This document shows, one piece after another, positions 24,374-38,021 of a DNA stretch of 64,000 nucleotides. Numbering within the stretch: the stretch's first letter is position 1; every line of letters begins with the position of its first letter. The position numbers and the translations under genes are program-made. The notes below the pieces were generated by a model. The model was not told the DNA's origin and searched no databases. It worked only from the letters and a program-made list of their open reading frames with translations. Origin of the DNA: Camelus dromedarius (Eukaryota); contig NC_087439.1 in assembly GCF_036321535.1 (NCBI RefSeq), forward strand, positions 71,920,001 through 71,984,000, written 5' to 3'.

Positions 24374-27300
24374 CTATTCCCGATTTTTGTGTTCTCCGGT
24401 TCACCTTTAATTTCATCTCTTTCGTCTCATGCACATCATCACTTACTTGAAAGACAGGTGAGCTCTCCAAAGCAAAATTTTCTTTCAGATTTTTACTAGA
24501 AGAAATACTCAAAGGTATTGAACCCTCAAAAACACCGCTAAAGGAAGAATCTTGTCTGTTAGGCGAATATAACTGAGATAAAGATGTAACCATTTTTGTG
24601 TAAAAGTCTGGTTTCATCTTCACAATTTTCTCATTTTCCAAATTTTTTTCCTTAACTGTGTGTTCAGATTCAACTGATACTCCCTGAATGGTGTCAGATA
24701 TTATTCTCATTAGTTCATGACTATCTGAAGAAGGATCCATGGAGGTCTTCCTTTTCTTTGATTTAGATGTCACCTTACTTACTCTTTTGACCTGGCACTC
24801 TACTTCCTTTGTCACTTCCACTAACGGAAGATCTCTCTTTTTGTTCAGAGTTGTAGTGCTTTGCTTTGGATTCTTATATAGTTCCATTTTGTTTCCAGCA
24901 TCAGCATCTGCTTCATCAGTAATACGTTTTAAACCTGGTTCTAAGGAGACAGATGTCTGTGAAGAGCCTGTTAACTGCAAAATAGGTTTGTTTTTACCTT
25001 GTGCCAAAACGTTCTTTGCCTTGCCAGATGATTCTTTCCCGTGCTTTTTAACGAATTTGTAAGGATTTGAAGTTTGGTCACAATTTTCCTTTTCATTACT
25101 GTTGATTTCCATACAGTATCCATTGATAATACCTTGGCCTTCAAGTCTTTGTTTAGATTTGTTTATTTTAAAATCAAGATCTTTTGTACAGCTTTCTTGG
25201 CTATCCACATCTTTATCATTATCCTCATATATCTGGTGCATTTCAGAAATTATCTCTGTCTTTCGACTTACTTTCTGCCTAAGTTTCTTACTTATTTTTG
25301 ATTCATTTTGCTGAGTGGGTTGCGTATCACTGACATGCTTTTTCAAATCCAACATATTCTGGGTCTCATAATCATATAAATTTCCACTATCTTTGGTGGA
25401 AAGATAAATTGTCTGAAACTCATTTGTGACTTCTAGGTTTTCAGAAATGGTTTCTTTATCTCCTGGCGTTAGGGAAAAGAAGTTACCTTTTTCTGGCTCA
25501 TGTACACCTTTGTTATTAAAATCATTTTTTCGGTTTGTTTCCAAAATTATCTCTGTCTTCCGACTTTCATTCTGCTTGAACTTCTTACTTATTTTTGATT
25601 CATTTTGCTTTGCAGGTGGCATATCAGTAGCATGCTTTTTCACCCCTAAAAGGTTTTGAGTCTCATAATCACATAGGCTCCTATTACCTCTAGAAGAAAG
25701 ATCAGCTATCTGAAAGTCAATTGAGTCTTCTAAGTTTTCAGGGACAATTTCTTTATCTTTTTGGGTTAGAGAAAATAAGTTACTTTTTTCTGGGTCATGC
25801 AAGCCTTTGTCATCATTCTCATATATTTGGTTGATTTCAGAAATTATTTCCGTCTTCCGACATGCCTTCTGCCTAAGCTTCTTACCTACTTTTGATTCAT
25901 TTTGATAAGCAGGTTGTATAGCATGTACATGTTTTATCACCCCCAAAACATTCTGAGTCTCATAATCTAGATTTCCACTATCTTGGGTAGAAATAGGTAT
26001 TTGAAACTCACTTGTATCTTGTAGGCTATCAGGGATGATTTCTTTATTCTGGGTTAGGATGGAAGAGTTACCCTTTTCTGGGTTACCACTTCTGTCATTA
26101 TCGAAATGATTCACTTTGGAAATTATTTCAGTCTTCCGATTTACTTTCTGCCTAAGATTCTTATTAATTTTTGATTCATTTTGCTGAACAGGGTACACAC
26201 TGGTGATCTGCTTTTGCAAACCCAACACATTCTGGGTCTCACAATCACACAGGTGTCCATTATTGTCAATAGAAAGAGCAGATTTTTGAAACTCATTTGA
26301 AACTTGTAGGTTTCCAGGGATCGTTTTTTTATCCTCTTGGGTTTCGAAGGAAAAGTTACCTTTTTCTGGGCCACGTACATCTTTAGTATTATCTCCAAAT
26401 ATTTGGTTCATTTCAGAAATTATCTCTGTTTTCCGATTTACTTTCTGCCTAAGCTTCTTATTTACTTTTGATTCATTTTGCTGAGGGGGTTGCATATCAG
26501 GGACTTGCTTTTTCAAATCTAACGTATTTTGGGTCTCATAATCATATACATTTACATTATCTTTGTTGAAAAGATAAGCTGTTTGAAATTCATTTGTGAC
26601 TTCTAGGTTTTCAGAGGTGGTTTCTTTAACTTTTTGGTTTGGGAATAAGTTATCTTTACCTAAGTTATTTATCACAAATGTCTGTCTAGAAGCTTTACTT
26701 TTCTTACAAGCTAGAGAACTCAGGCCCATGTCAAATTTACCGTCCTCATGGAATTTATCTGCACTTTGGGAGAGAGAGTATGTTTCCTCTTGCTCATCTG
26801 TTACATGAATTATTTTCTTCTTTTTGTTATACTGTGTATTTTGTCTGGCATCTTGATCAAAGTCATTATGAAGGGACATTTTCTTCAGCGTGTTCAACTG
26901 AGTCAGCTGTTCAGTACTGAGAATAAAATTTGGATCTTTTGAGTCCCCTTCACCATCCAAGACAATAGATCTTCTTTCTGGTCCATTTTCACTCTTTTCC
27001 TCAATATCCACATCTGAACTTTTTTTTAATTGTCTTTTTGATCTTTCTCTCTTTTTATCAGAGCTTGAATCTTTCACTTTTCTGAAAGTTTTCATTCCAC
27101 ACTCATTTGCTTTTTTATTACTTTTATTTCTAGCACCTGTTGAAACTGTGACAATTTTGCTTACTTCACTAGCAGTTAAATCCATGTCATCATCATACAC
27201 AGTTTTCTGCAACTGAAAGTCATCATTACCCTGAACTTGACTCATGCCCTCTGCAGTAGGTTCACTTGCAGACTCAGATGAGGCAGGAAGGCACTGTACA

Positions 27301-27565
27301 TTTCTTTGAATTTTAGTATTTGTTTCATTAGTACAATCTTTTATCTCATTATTCCAATTTAATTCTGGTCTTGAAATCTGTTGATCTAAATCTGTCACAC
27401 AGGGAGTGTCTGCAGGATTATTTGATTCCCAAGATGATACACGTTTTTTCCTTCTAGTTATATTACTAGGAGACAGTTTCTCCTTTCTGTGGCTGATTGA
27501 CTGTGCACTATTTATCTCACTCGTTAGAGAACTCCAGGAGCTTTGGTCTGAGTGGGAATGGCTTT
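24374..27565 (-). CDS. SGO2: SGO2 large exon (3192 nt) containing five ~99-aa repeats
   Basis: Contains the 1010-aa ORF 24366-27398; acceptor TTTTACAG in frame; donor ATAG|GTAGGT; includes SRQTF and RKTEII motifs. Confidence 0.97.
25200..26660 (-). repeat. SGO2: Coding tandem repeat in SGO2, five units
   Basis: QNESK codons at 26466, 26169, 25890, 25593 and 25296 (spacing 297, 279, 297, 297 nt). Confidence 0.95.
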
Positions 27566-28568
27566 CTGTAAAATAAAGGGAAACAAATTTCAGAAAAAAG
27601 TAGTAACAAGGAATTTATTATTTTAAATTAGATTAGGAATCAAGCTGTTTCAGAGAAGGGATTTCCGATAATGTGTTCAGGTAATTATATTATGAAGAAT
27701 CTATGCTGATAAAACATAAAGTAGAAATGACTAGAGTAGTTTTAAGTCACGTTTTACGTTCCTATCTATGGAAAATATATACTGGGAGTTTACTCTGCCT
27801 TGGCCCCAAGAGTAGAGTGGAGAATAGCTAACAGTAGAGCCATTACCGTATGTTTCTAAGTGGTAGGAGGCTGGCAAATGAAATTCAACAACAGTGATAC
27901 CTCTCATAAGGATCACTATCAAAAGGTTATCAGCAGGCAGCTGAAGTTTATAAAAATTATACACACATACTCACATACATTTTTAGAAAGGAAAATTAAT
28001 TCAAACTCTAAATTCAATATAGTTATGGTTTCATATCCCAATGTGACATTCTATGTCAAATACATAAACCAGACTACACCACAGGATTATTATTTTAAAA
28101 TACCATATAAAAAAAGTAAGTGTCATCATTTTCTCTTGCTCAACCATTCATTACCCAGGCTCAAGTTTTTGTTTTATCAATAATTGGTTATGATCTTAAA
28201 AAAGTCACTACACCTATCCAGGGCCTCAATTTTCATATCTATGAAAAGGAGAAGACGTAACTAAATAAATACATGGTATCTTTCACTTCTGAAGCTAAGA
28301 TACCAAGAAAAGCTCTTTAGACTAGCTCATTCTAAATACTGTTTCCAGAGTAACAGTGTTAGGCCACAATGCACCTGATATTTGTTGGCACTTTTACTTT
28401 TAAATTAAATTTTTCACCAGCAATTTTAAATGGTAGGCATTAGCAAATCTGTGACATAAGAAATCTAACTTATTAACTGTTTATACACCATGGCTCTCAA
28501 GAAGAAAATCTGACGAATGTTAACTGTTTAATACTGATACTCAAAATAAATTTTTAAAAAAATCTCAC

Positions 28569-28792
28569 CTTTGGGAAGTATATCAACAACAGATAAAACA
28601 GGTTCTGAGGCATTTAAACCACAAACATTCTGCTTATTTTCTTTAAGAAATAACAATTTCAAATTATGCTGAGTTGGTAATGGTCTTGTTGATGCTAAAG
28701 AAGGAATACCAGGTGATGCCTTTGATATATTGTTGTCACATTGCGTTTTCTCTTTATCTTCCTCCTCATCATCATTTGAAGTTAATGGAACC
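28569..28792 (-). CDS. SGO2: SGO2 exon (VPLTSNDDEEEDKEKTQCDNN...VVDILPK)
   Basis: 224 nt (1 + 74 codons + 1); CCTTTAG acceptor; AAG|GTGAGA donor. Confidence 0.94.
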
Positions 28793-29539
28793 CTAAAGGT
28801 AAGTAAGAATGAGTAAGAAATTTTGTATTTTACAAAAATTATTTAGAAAATTACATGGATAGTTCTTTCTATATTCCATTTATCTAAGATCCAACCACAA
28901 ACCCACCCTGGTAACATTTTGTGTTCAGTGAAGGCAATTATGGGTAGGAAATAGGTACTTTCTAACAGTACGGAACTTGCTTCTTCTCTCCTTAGCCCCA
29001 GTGGCCCCAAAAAGGAGATAAATGATATAATCACCAGCTGGGCTATTAGGATAATAATACTAATGAAATGAATAAAGTTCAAACATACTTATAAATATTC
29101 ATGTATAATGTTTACAGTTTTCCTATAATTAATTCTATGGAAAACCCAAAACTCTTCCTCTGGTTTCAGACAAGTACAATTGTATGTATAGTTTTGAGTG
29201 CAATAAAGTTTGCTATGTTTCCAAAAGGTATTCATGTAAACTAAAGTCGTATTCCCAGAGTAGTTAAATCTATGAGAGGAAAAAGACAGAAAGCCACAGA
29301 AATAATTTGCCAAAATGACCTTTTTTGAATTCAAAGAATAAAGAGTAATATGTTCCAATGCTATAGATTTACCCTGTATGCCAAACAAATCACTGATATT
29401 TTAAAAATATTGATAACGATAAAAATATTTTTTAAAATATTTGTTACAAATTTAAAGGCACCTGTTAGTAGAAAAGCCACTGAGAGGAAATGTCTACACC
29501 ACTTGAAGAAATAAATTAGCAAAAACAGAGGAGAGGTTC

Positions 29540-31440
29540 TGCTTTGGGCAATGGCCAAATAGCTACTATTGAATGAATCTTATCAAACATGACTAAATTC
29601 TGGACAAAATATTAAAAAACAACTGCCTGAAGTCAAACAAAAAGCAAGTAGATACAGAAGAGGGGTTGACACACAGAAACAGGGTGAGCTTCCCATTGTT
29701 TACAAACCTGAGTCGGTGCCACATTTCCTAACACTTTCCACAGTCTCACACAAGGTCAGAATTCAGGGCAACTACACCTTCTGTAGTGTGTGTGATGGGA
29801 GAAATTACAGGAAAGGTAGACAGGGGAGCCCCACATTTGTGCATAAACTTTCCCAAAATCTAGATGCTCCCTGTATCACATACATGTGAGAAAGATTCCA
29901 AGCAGCCTAGCTAAGGATTAAAGAACTGAAATGAGATTTCATATGTTGTTCATCACAGGCAAGTAATATCAAGTTTAAAGTAACTACTAAAATGAAACAT
30001 CAAACTTGATGGAGGGATACACCTGAATCCAGATTTTCTATAACACAGGATTCATAATGCCTGGGACATAATCCAATATTATTCAACATACAAAGCAACA
30101 GGGAAACATGATTCAAACTCAAGAGAAAAAGATAATCAATAGATAATGATCCAGATACATAATTTGTACTAGAGTGCACTAAATCAAGGGTGAGTGTAAG
30201 TACTAACAGTGGCATTCTTATTGTGTTCCCATTATTTAATACGTTTGCTCTTGGGTTTTTGTAGATCCTCCTTATCAGATTAAAGAAGTTCCACTGTATT
30301 CCTAGTTTGCTGAGTTTTTTCATGAATGAGTGTTGAATGCTTTTTCTGTTACTATTGAGAAGATAGTACTTTCCTCTTTTTTTTCTATTAATGTAATGAT
30401 TTTAAAATATTTTTTCTACTAATGTAGTGAATTATAAGGATTGATTTTTTAATGTTAAATCACTACTGCATTCCTGCAATGAACTGCTCCTGATAATATA
30501 TCCCTTTGACACATCACTAAATTTTATCTGCTAATATATTACAGGATTTTTGCATGTATTTTAATAATGAAGATGGTTTATAATTTTCCATTCTTGTAAT
30601 ATATTTTGTCAAGTTTTGTATTTATATTATGCTGATCACAGTAAATGAACTGATAAGTGCACCTCTTTTTCTTTTTCCTGGAAGTACTTGTGTACATTTC
30701 TTTTTCTTCAAGAACTTAGGAGAAGATATTGGGGCCTGCAGTTTTTTGTGGAAATATTTTTGATAACATCCTATTTTAGTACATTTAAGAATATTCAGAT
30801 TTTTTATTTCTTCTTTGTGTCAAGTTCACTGATTTTTAAAAAGATTTGTCCACTTCATTTAAAATATCAAATTATTGGCATAAAGTTGTTCAGAGCAGCT
30901 TCAGTTACATGTTTAATGTCTGCTATAGGTATGTAATGTTCTTTTTCTTTCTCAGCATTGGCTATTTGTGGTTTCTTGTTTTCTTGATGGCAAAGCTGAA
31001 TGTTCACCATCAGAAGGATGGATAAATTACGGAATAATCATACAATGGAATAGTATACAGAAACGAGAATGACTCAGCTATAACTACACAGGACAATACA
31101 GATGAAACTTACAAACACAATGCTGAGCAAAAAAGAGCCAGAGACAAAAACCATAGAACCCTGTATGATTTCATTACATGAAGTTCAAAACTAGGCAAAA
31201 TTAAATCTATGATTTTAGAGATTTTAGAAGTTATGATATTTATCCTTGGGTAGGTGGTGAGTAGTGACTAGAAAGGGGCACAAGGAGGTGTCTGAGGTAC
31301 TGGTGATACTGCTTCTTGGTCTGGATATTGGTTATACTACAGTGTTCACTTTGTGAAAATCCATGACACTCTATAAAGATTTTTGTACTTTTCTAAAATG
31401 TATATTATACTTCAAACAAAAGTTTACATTAAAAAAAGGA
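29540..31440. mobile_element. Cluster of old L1 fragments in alternating orientation
   Basis: Plus-strand L1-like ~29540-30150, minus-strand ORF2-like ~30200-30970 (KKLSKLGIQ.NF.NLI), plus-strand 3' end ~30980-31440. Confidence 0.6.
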
Positions 31441-32525
31441 AAATTTTTGGAGGGCAAGTTAACACGTGATTCATACATTTATATGAAATAATGCATGCAT
31501 GACAAACAAGATTTTCTTGAAAAACAACTAAGGAACTATAAGACAACAAAATGTTCTATTTTAAAACTGTATTAATTTAAATGTACTGATTCAACATGAT
31601 GCTGGAACAGAATAGGCAAAACAATAGAATAAACTAGAATGAACAGAAAGTGACACAGTAGATGTAAGAAGTTTTTAGTGTGGCACTTTAATATACAAGT
31701 GCATTTACTCGTGCACTTATGTAAATGCACTAAACCTGTAAGTTATATAACAAAAAGAACATTGTCTAAAAGAGATGAGAATTCTGATTAATGCTTTTAA
31801 CTCATTAAGCCATTTTACCTCACTGGACCTCAGTAACTGTCTTTAAAATGTTAGGTTTGAAATAGGGTATTTACTATGACTTATAATCAAATTAATCAAG
31901 AAATGGGAATTTTGGTCAGGAGAACAGCAATGATGAAAGTTAATTGTAAAGCCTGGGCATTATGCAAGATAATAGAGAGATAAATAGTTATCAGATTTAC
32001 TCAGCAGAAAACATAAGGCCAATGGTGACCTGGGGGAAAAGAAAAAAATGAAGAGTTAAGTAGTAGGATTCTACAGATGACCCTGGTTACTGAATTGATA
32101 AGTAAGTGTCCTTGGAGCCCTGGTGACACAACCAATAGCAAGTTACCACAAACCATCTTATTTCTACCCTAGTAGGCAACTACAGATTGATGACATCTGA
32201 GCATTGTATCACACACACAATGATTATGTTATATAAAAATCCAAGTACTCTGAGCCAGTGTAATTCAAACCCATGTAACCAAGGTCTGCCTGTACCTCTT
32301 TCTTCTCCAGAGGCTATGGGAAAACTGAATATTATTTCAAAATTTAAACCTGAATTCTATTAGATTATATCTTCAAACTTCTTTTACTAGTACAGTGTTG
32401 ACGAGTATTTCATTACTTCTTGCTGTTTTTCTGTTTCAAGGAAGCAGATCAAATAAAAACCATTCAAAGTCCAATTCAGGTAGAAGTGTGCAAGTTAATA
32501 TTTAACCGAGTTTTGAAGCAATTAC

Positions 32526-32611
32526 CTTGCAAATGGAAGACGCATCAGTTTGCACTGTTTACTAACCCGTTTCTTCTTGCTACTTGGCAGTAGAAAGGGA
32601 CTCTGATGGAA
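32526..32611 (-). CDS. SGO2: SGO2 exon (FHQSPFLLPSSKKKRVSKQCKLMRLPFAR), start of the MAD2-interaction motif region
   Basis: 86 nt; AATAG acceptor; AAG|GTAAT donor; RLPFAR|VP continues into the next exon. Confidence 0.95.
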
Positions 32612-32916
32612 CTATTTTTGAAAAGAACAAAGAAAATGAAAATGAACAAAATTTCTAACCTCATTAGATCATGTTTGCTATTAAAGTTCCAAATTAAACA
32701 AGAATATTAATAGTTATAGAATCATTCTTACATTTGCCTTCAATAGTTGAATGAGAATAATGTAATGATAAGGTTAAATACAGTTCATCCTTAATCATGC
32801 CATCCAAAGACAATCACTACTAATATTTTGGTACATAACCTCTCAAACTTTATTCTTATACATATGAATAAATACACATGTGTACACCCAGGCATGTACA
32901 ATTATTTCTACATACA

Positions 32917-33143
32917 CAGCTGACTTTTGAACAACATGGGTTTGAATCGCATGGGTCCATTTATATGTGGATTTTTCATCAGTACTGTTCATGATCCATG
33001 GTTGGTTGACTCTGAGGCTGTGGAACTGTGAATTCAAAGGAACCACGGATACAGAGGGCTGCAAGGAACTGTAAGTTATACACAGATTTTTGACTTTGTG
33101 AAAGGTCAGCGCCCTAAGCCCCAAGTTGTTCAAGGGTCAACTG
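32917..33143. mobile_element. Tigger2-like MITE
   Basis: TIRs CAGCTGACTTTTGAACAAC and GTTGTTCAAGGGTCAACTG; TA on the right flank. Confidence 0.82.
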
Positions 33144-33379
33144 TATGTATGTGCAATACATTCCTGTCTACATATGTATTATGTAATACATTATTGGATT
33201 TCATAATACTGTTTTTAAATGGTCTTTAAAATTCAAAGTCTGAGTGATGTTAATATATCTTTAAAATTTTTGTTTATCTGCATTTTTAAATTTCCTGATA
33301 TGTTTCCTGAGCATGTTTTAATTAATTAATAAAGATCATAAAATTAGGCAACAAGCAACAATGTCTTCCTATTACAGTG

Positions 33380-34900
33380 CTAACCTGTAATAAAAACAGG
33401 TGTATGGTCAGATTAACAAGCTGGTTTTAAAATTCATATGGAAATGCAAAGGACTTAGAATAGCTAAAACAACTTCGAAAAGGAAGAAAGTTGGAGGATT
33501 ATGGTAATTGAGACAGTACAGTATTAGCATATAAAGTACAGTATTAGCATACATCAATGAAACAGAACAGAGTGAGATAGACCCACACAGATTTGGTCAA
33601 TTAAATTTTGGCAGCAGTGTAAAAAGTCAAATGAGGAGCATAGAACATCCACATTCACTGGGCTATAACAGGTAACTCTTCTCCAAATCAGGAGTACTGT
33701 CAGAAAAGGCCGAGGGGAGAGTTAGACAGCCAGGTGGTAACAAGCACACCCCGCAAAGCCCAGCAATGTCAGTGGAGAACACATGGGGACTCCAGACATC
33801 CAGTTCCTCTTGGCAAAAGAAATCAATCAGCATATTACAGCTGAAGGAATTCCCAAAGAGATAAACTCAAAGAAATCCATGCCAAGACGCGTCATAGTCA
33901 AATTCCTCAAAACTAAGGACAAAGACAAAAATCGTGAAAGCAGTATGAGAGAAATGACACCTTACCTACAGAGGTAAGAATGAATGAAAAATAAATAAGT
34001 ATCTACTCACAATCAGAAAAGTAACAACAGAAGAAACCACATAAAAGCAGAAGAAAGGACTTACTACTAAAGATAAAAGCAAGAAATAGTGACATTGAAA
34101 CACAGAAAAGCAGAACTCAAAATTAAATCCAAAAGATGTTTCTTTTAAGAGAAAAAGAAAAAATAGAAAACCACAACCACCTAACCTAGTGGGGAAAAAA
34201 ACAAACAAGAAAAAGCTCAAATACACAAAAATAGTCAACAGGGGAAATAAAACAGACAAAATTATTGGTTGACTTTGGTTAACTCTATGCAGATCAATTT
34301 GAAAACATGAATGAAATAAATAGGTACTTTTCTAAGGAAATACAATTGAATAAAACGGCCCATAAAAGAGAGAAATTTTCCTGAGCAACCCAATATCTGC
34401 ATTAGAGATATAGTTAACAAGGAGCCACTATCTCCACTGAGAAAGACCCAGGTCCAGATAGTTTCACAGAAGAAAAAAGAATTCTAATAGTATGTCATTT
34501 TTGCAGAACATAGGAAAAGAGAACATCTAAATTCTTTTTGTTAGTTTGGTATACATGATAATGCTTAAAGACTTTACAAAAAGAAAACTTCAAAGAAACC
34601 TCACTTATGAATAATAAAAAATTCCTAAATAAAATACTGGCAGAAAGAATTCAGCAGGACATTAAAAGAATAATAAATAAATCATTTCTAAAGTTTATTC
34701 TAAAATTGTAAAATTAGGAAAACTGCTAAAATAAGTCATTATATTAAACACTTAAAAAGAAAGACCATATGCTAAAAAGATATTTTACATTATTTATCAT
34801 TATTTTCTATATAAAAAGCTCAGTAACAGATGTATTATAAGATAAATAAGTACTTCACCCTTAAAAAAGAAAGCATCATTCTTAATGGGGAAATACTATT
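33380..34900 (+). mobile_element. Degraded L1 fragments including an ORF1 piece (~33870-33975)
   Basis: MPRRVIVKFLKTKDK resembles L1 ORF1; AAATTCATATGGAAATGCAAAGGAC resembles L1 ORF2. Confidence 0.6.
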
Positions 34901-34909
34901 CAACATTTT

Positions 34910-35900
34910 GTAAGTATTTATTGAATTCTACTGCGTTCTAGACATCATTCTGAATAGACAAATACCCTGCACTCAAGAAGCTTATATTCTGGTGTGATAA
35001 ACAACAAAATTAATAAGTAAAATTATATGTTACATAGTATTGAAGTGCTAAGAAGAAAAAGTAAAACAGGGAAGCAGAATATAAAGCACTGGGTCAAGGT
35101 GCGGAAGGATTAAGATTTATATAGGGTTGCCAGGGAAGGCTTCACGAAGTGACGTCTGAGTCAAGATTTGAAGGAAGTAAGGGAACTACCACATGAAGGG
35201 AGAACAAGTACAAAGGCCCTGAGTGGCGGCCTGCCTGTATATTAAAGATGTTAATGAGCAGAAGGAGGGGAAGAGTAGATGAGGTGAGAGAAAGAACAGG
35301 AGTTTCAGTTTCGGATAAAATCGGGCAGCAGATGAGACCGGAAGCCGCAGGAGGGTTTTAGGCAGACTAACACTTTACTGGGATCACTCTGGCTGCTGTG
35401 CTGAGAAGAGGATATAGAGAGGCAAGGGAAGAAGCAAGAAGTCCAAGCTGGGCTGCTACTACAATAATTTAGGTAAGAGATAATGGTGGCTTGAATATGG
35501 GTGATAAAAGTGAGGGCTGTGAGAAGTGATAGAATTCTGGACTGCTTTTTAAGGCGGTGCTAAAAGGATTTGCTAAAGGATAGCTATGAGGTGTGTAGAA
35601 AAGATAGGAAAATAGAGTTGTAGTTGCCAGAGATGAAGACCCCCACAAAGGAACTGGTTTGGCGGCAGTTGTGAAGTTTGAGATGCCTCCTAGACATCCA
35701 AATTGAACGGCCAAGTAGGCAGTCAGACATGTACTGTCTGGAGTTTACAGTAGATGGCCAAGCTGGAGAAGCAAATTTGGGAGCCATCAATATTCAGTAG
35801 TACTTAAAAACATGAGATTCTCATTTAGGAAATGAGTATAGACGGAAGAGAAAAAGAACTCAGGTCTGTGGTACCCAAAAAATAGCAATCAGGGAAATAG
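34910..35900 (-). mobile_element. L2 LINE fragment
   Basis: GTATTTATTGAA...CAAGAAGCTTATATTCTGG, CAAAGGCCCTGAG and GATCACTCTGGCTGCTGTG motifs. Confidence 0.65.
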
Positions 35901-37943
35901 AGAGGAACCAGCAAACAGAATGACAAAGAACAATTAGAAAGGTAGGAAGAAACAGGAGAGGGTCATAAACTGAAAGTCACATGAAGACTAACACAAGGAC
36001 CCAGAAATAGCCAGAGGTTTTGGCAACATAGACATCAGTTTCCAGAAGAGCAGTTTTCACGGGATGGTGAGGAAAACCCAATCGATGTGGGTTCAAGGGA
36101 AACTGGAGACACTGTGAATAACTGTCTCAAAGACTTTTGCTATAAAGGTAAAGAGAAAAGATAGTAGCTTGGGATGGGGAATATAAGTGGAGTAAGAAGT
36201 TTTATTTTTGTTTTCTTCTTCTTTTTTTTTTTAAAGATGGGAGATAACATTTTTGCATACTGATGGGAATAATCCAGGACGGGAAAATTAATGCAATGGG
36301 AAAAGGCATTCTACACTAATGTTAAGTCAACAGCAGAAGACAAACCATGTGTCCAACAACAGGAGCCTCATTAAACAGATTAGCAGTCCATTCTAGATCT
36401 ATTATCCTAAGCAGCACTAAAAAGGAATAAGTATTCCCTGTAATCATATAGAGATCTTCAAGAGATGTCACATAAGGAAAAAAGGCACAGAACAGTTAGT
36501 ATGTTATCTTTTGTATAAGAAAGAAAATTAAGAAAACATTTATATATCTTTGTTTTAATAAAAAGAAATCCATGAAAGCAATTACCTGCATGAGGTGTGG
36601 GGAGAAGAGAGGAAAATGGAGAAGAAAGCAGCTGGAGGCAGAACAGAAGCATGTGTGAGACTTCGTTTTATACTTTTATATGTTGTTCCAATATTAGAAC
36701 CACACATCTCTATTACCCACTGTCCTCCTCCACAACTAAAAAGAAAAGGCATTGCACAACTTGATGTGCAAAAATTAGTCTGTTAAAGAATAAGTCCAAG
36801 AAAGAGGACATCAAAGTTGTATGCTGTCCCTTCATCCTCCAGCTTCCACGTCCACTGACTCCAGGTTTTTCACTTTTCCTAAATTCAGATGCTGATCTCA
36901 GCCCTCTTTGAGTTATTCAAAGAGAACCACATAAAAGGCTGGGAACAATGTTGACTTTACTATGTCTTTGTAAAGAACCACTGGAGGGAAGGAGCTTTAT
37001 ATCACACAACTCACAACAAACAACTGAGCAATGTTTTTAGGGCTATCTGTCCTCTACAGTTCCTTGAGGTATGGGTGATACCACCCTCCCCCCTTCTACA
37101 TCTTGCCAATTGGCTTCTTTCTCTTACTTTACAAGTCAATTCTTGTACTGACTCTACACTCTCCATTGCCGGAATTGAGTCTAGTCTTAGAAATTTATTT
37201 AGGACAATTCAATTCAGCCCTGTAAGCTGATCAGCAAAACAGAGTGCTGACTCTCATTCCCTTCTCCATGACTCCCCATCCCATGAAAAGCATCTCTTCT
37301 CCTCAGAGAGTGCTCAGTGTATAAGGCACACCTCTGCCCACTGGCTGTCCTAGCTATCAAATTCATTTTTATGATTTTGAAGCTGCTAAAAATTTTTTAA
37401 AGAAAATCCATCAATAGCTTCTTTTATGGTATCTTACTTTGTAGGTATAGAAAGACCTCTCTTTTCTAACATGAATTCATTTGTAATTTCTTCTCATTTA
37501 AATGATGTACTTTTTTACATTTAAATCCATCTAGAATTTATTTTAGAAAACGGTATAAAGTAGGATCTGTCTCTGTTTTTCCCCCTAATAGTTTTTCAAT
37601 TGTGTCTATATTTTTAAAATAATACAAATTCTTTTCTAATTTGAAATACTACTTTTCCACTAGTGTCTTTTATGTTTTTGAGTCTATTCAGGGGCCATTA
37701 TGTTCCACTGAGCTATCTGATCCTGTGTTACTTTTAATCAAAATCTAATATTTATATAAAAATTTCAATAACCAATTATACCAAATGAAAATATTAATTT
37801 TTAACTCGCTAATAGCATATTATCATCATTCCTTTGCACAAAGGTTAAGATATGAATCTCTAACTTTGATGCTACTTAACTAATCTCAATTATCCTCGAT
37901 AACGTTAAAAATATTACAGTACTTACACATAAATTCTACTTAC

Positions 37944-38021
37944 CTCAGAAAGAGTGCTCATTTCAATGGCAGTTATCAAGTTATTGTTCATGAGTGCTTC
38001 TATTTCTATAAGCTTCTTATT
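37944..38021 (-). CDS. SGO2: SGO2 exon (NKKLIEIEALMNNNLITAIEMSTLSE)
   Basis: 78 nt; TTTCAG acceptor; GAG|GTAAGT donor. Confidence 0.95.

Noticed and set aside
24739-26942. Plus-strand ORFs antisense to the SGO2 large exon
   Set aside because: Shadow frames of the real coding exon.
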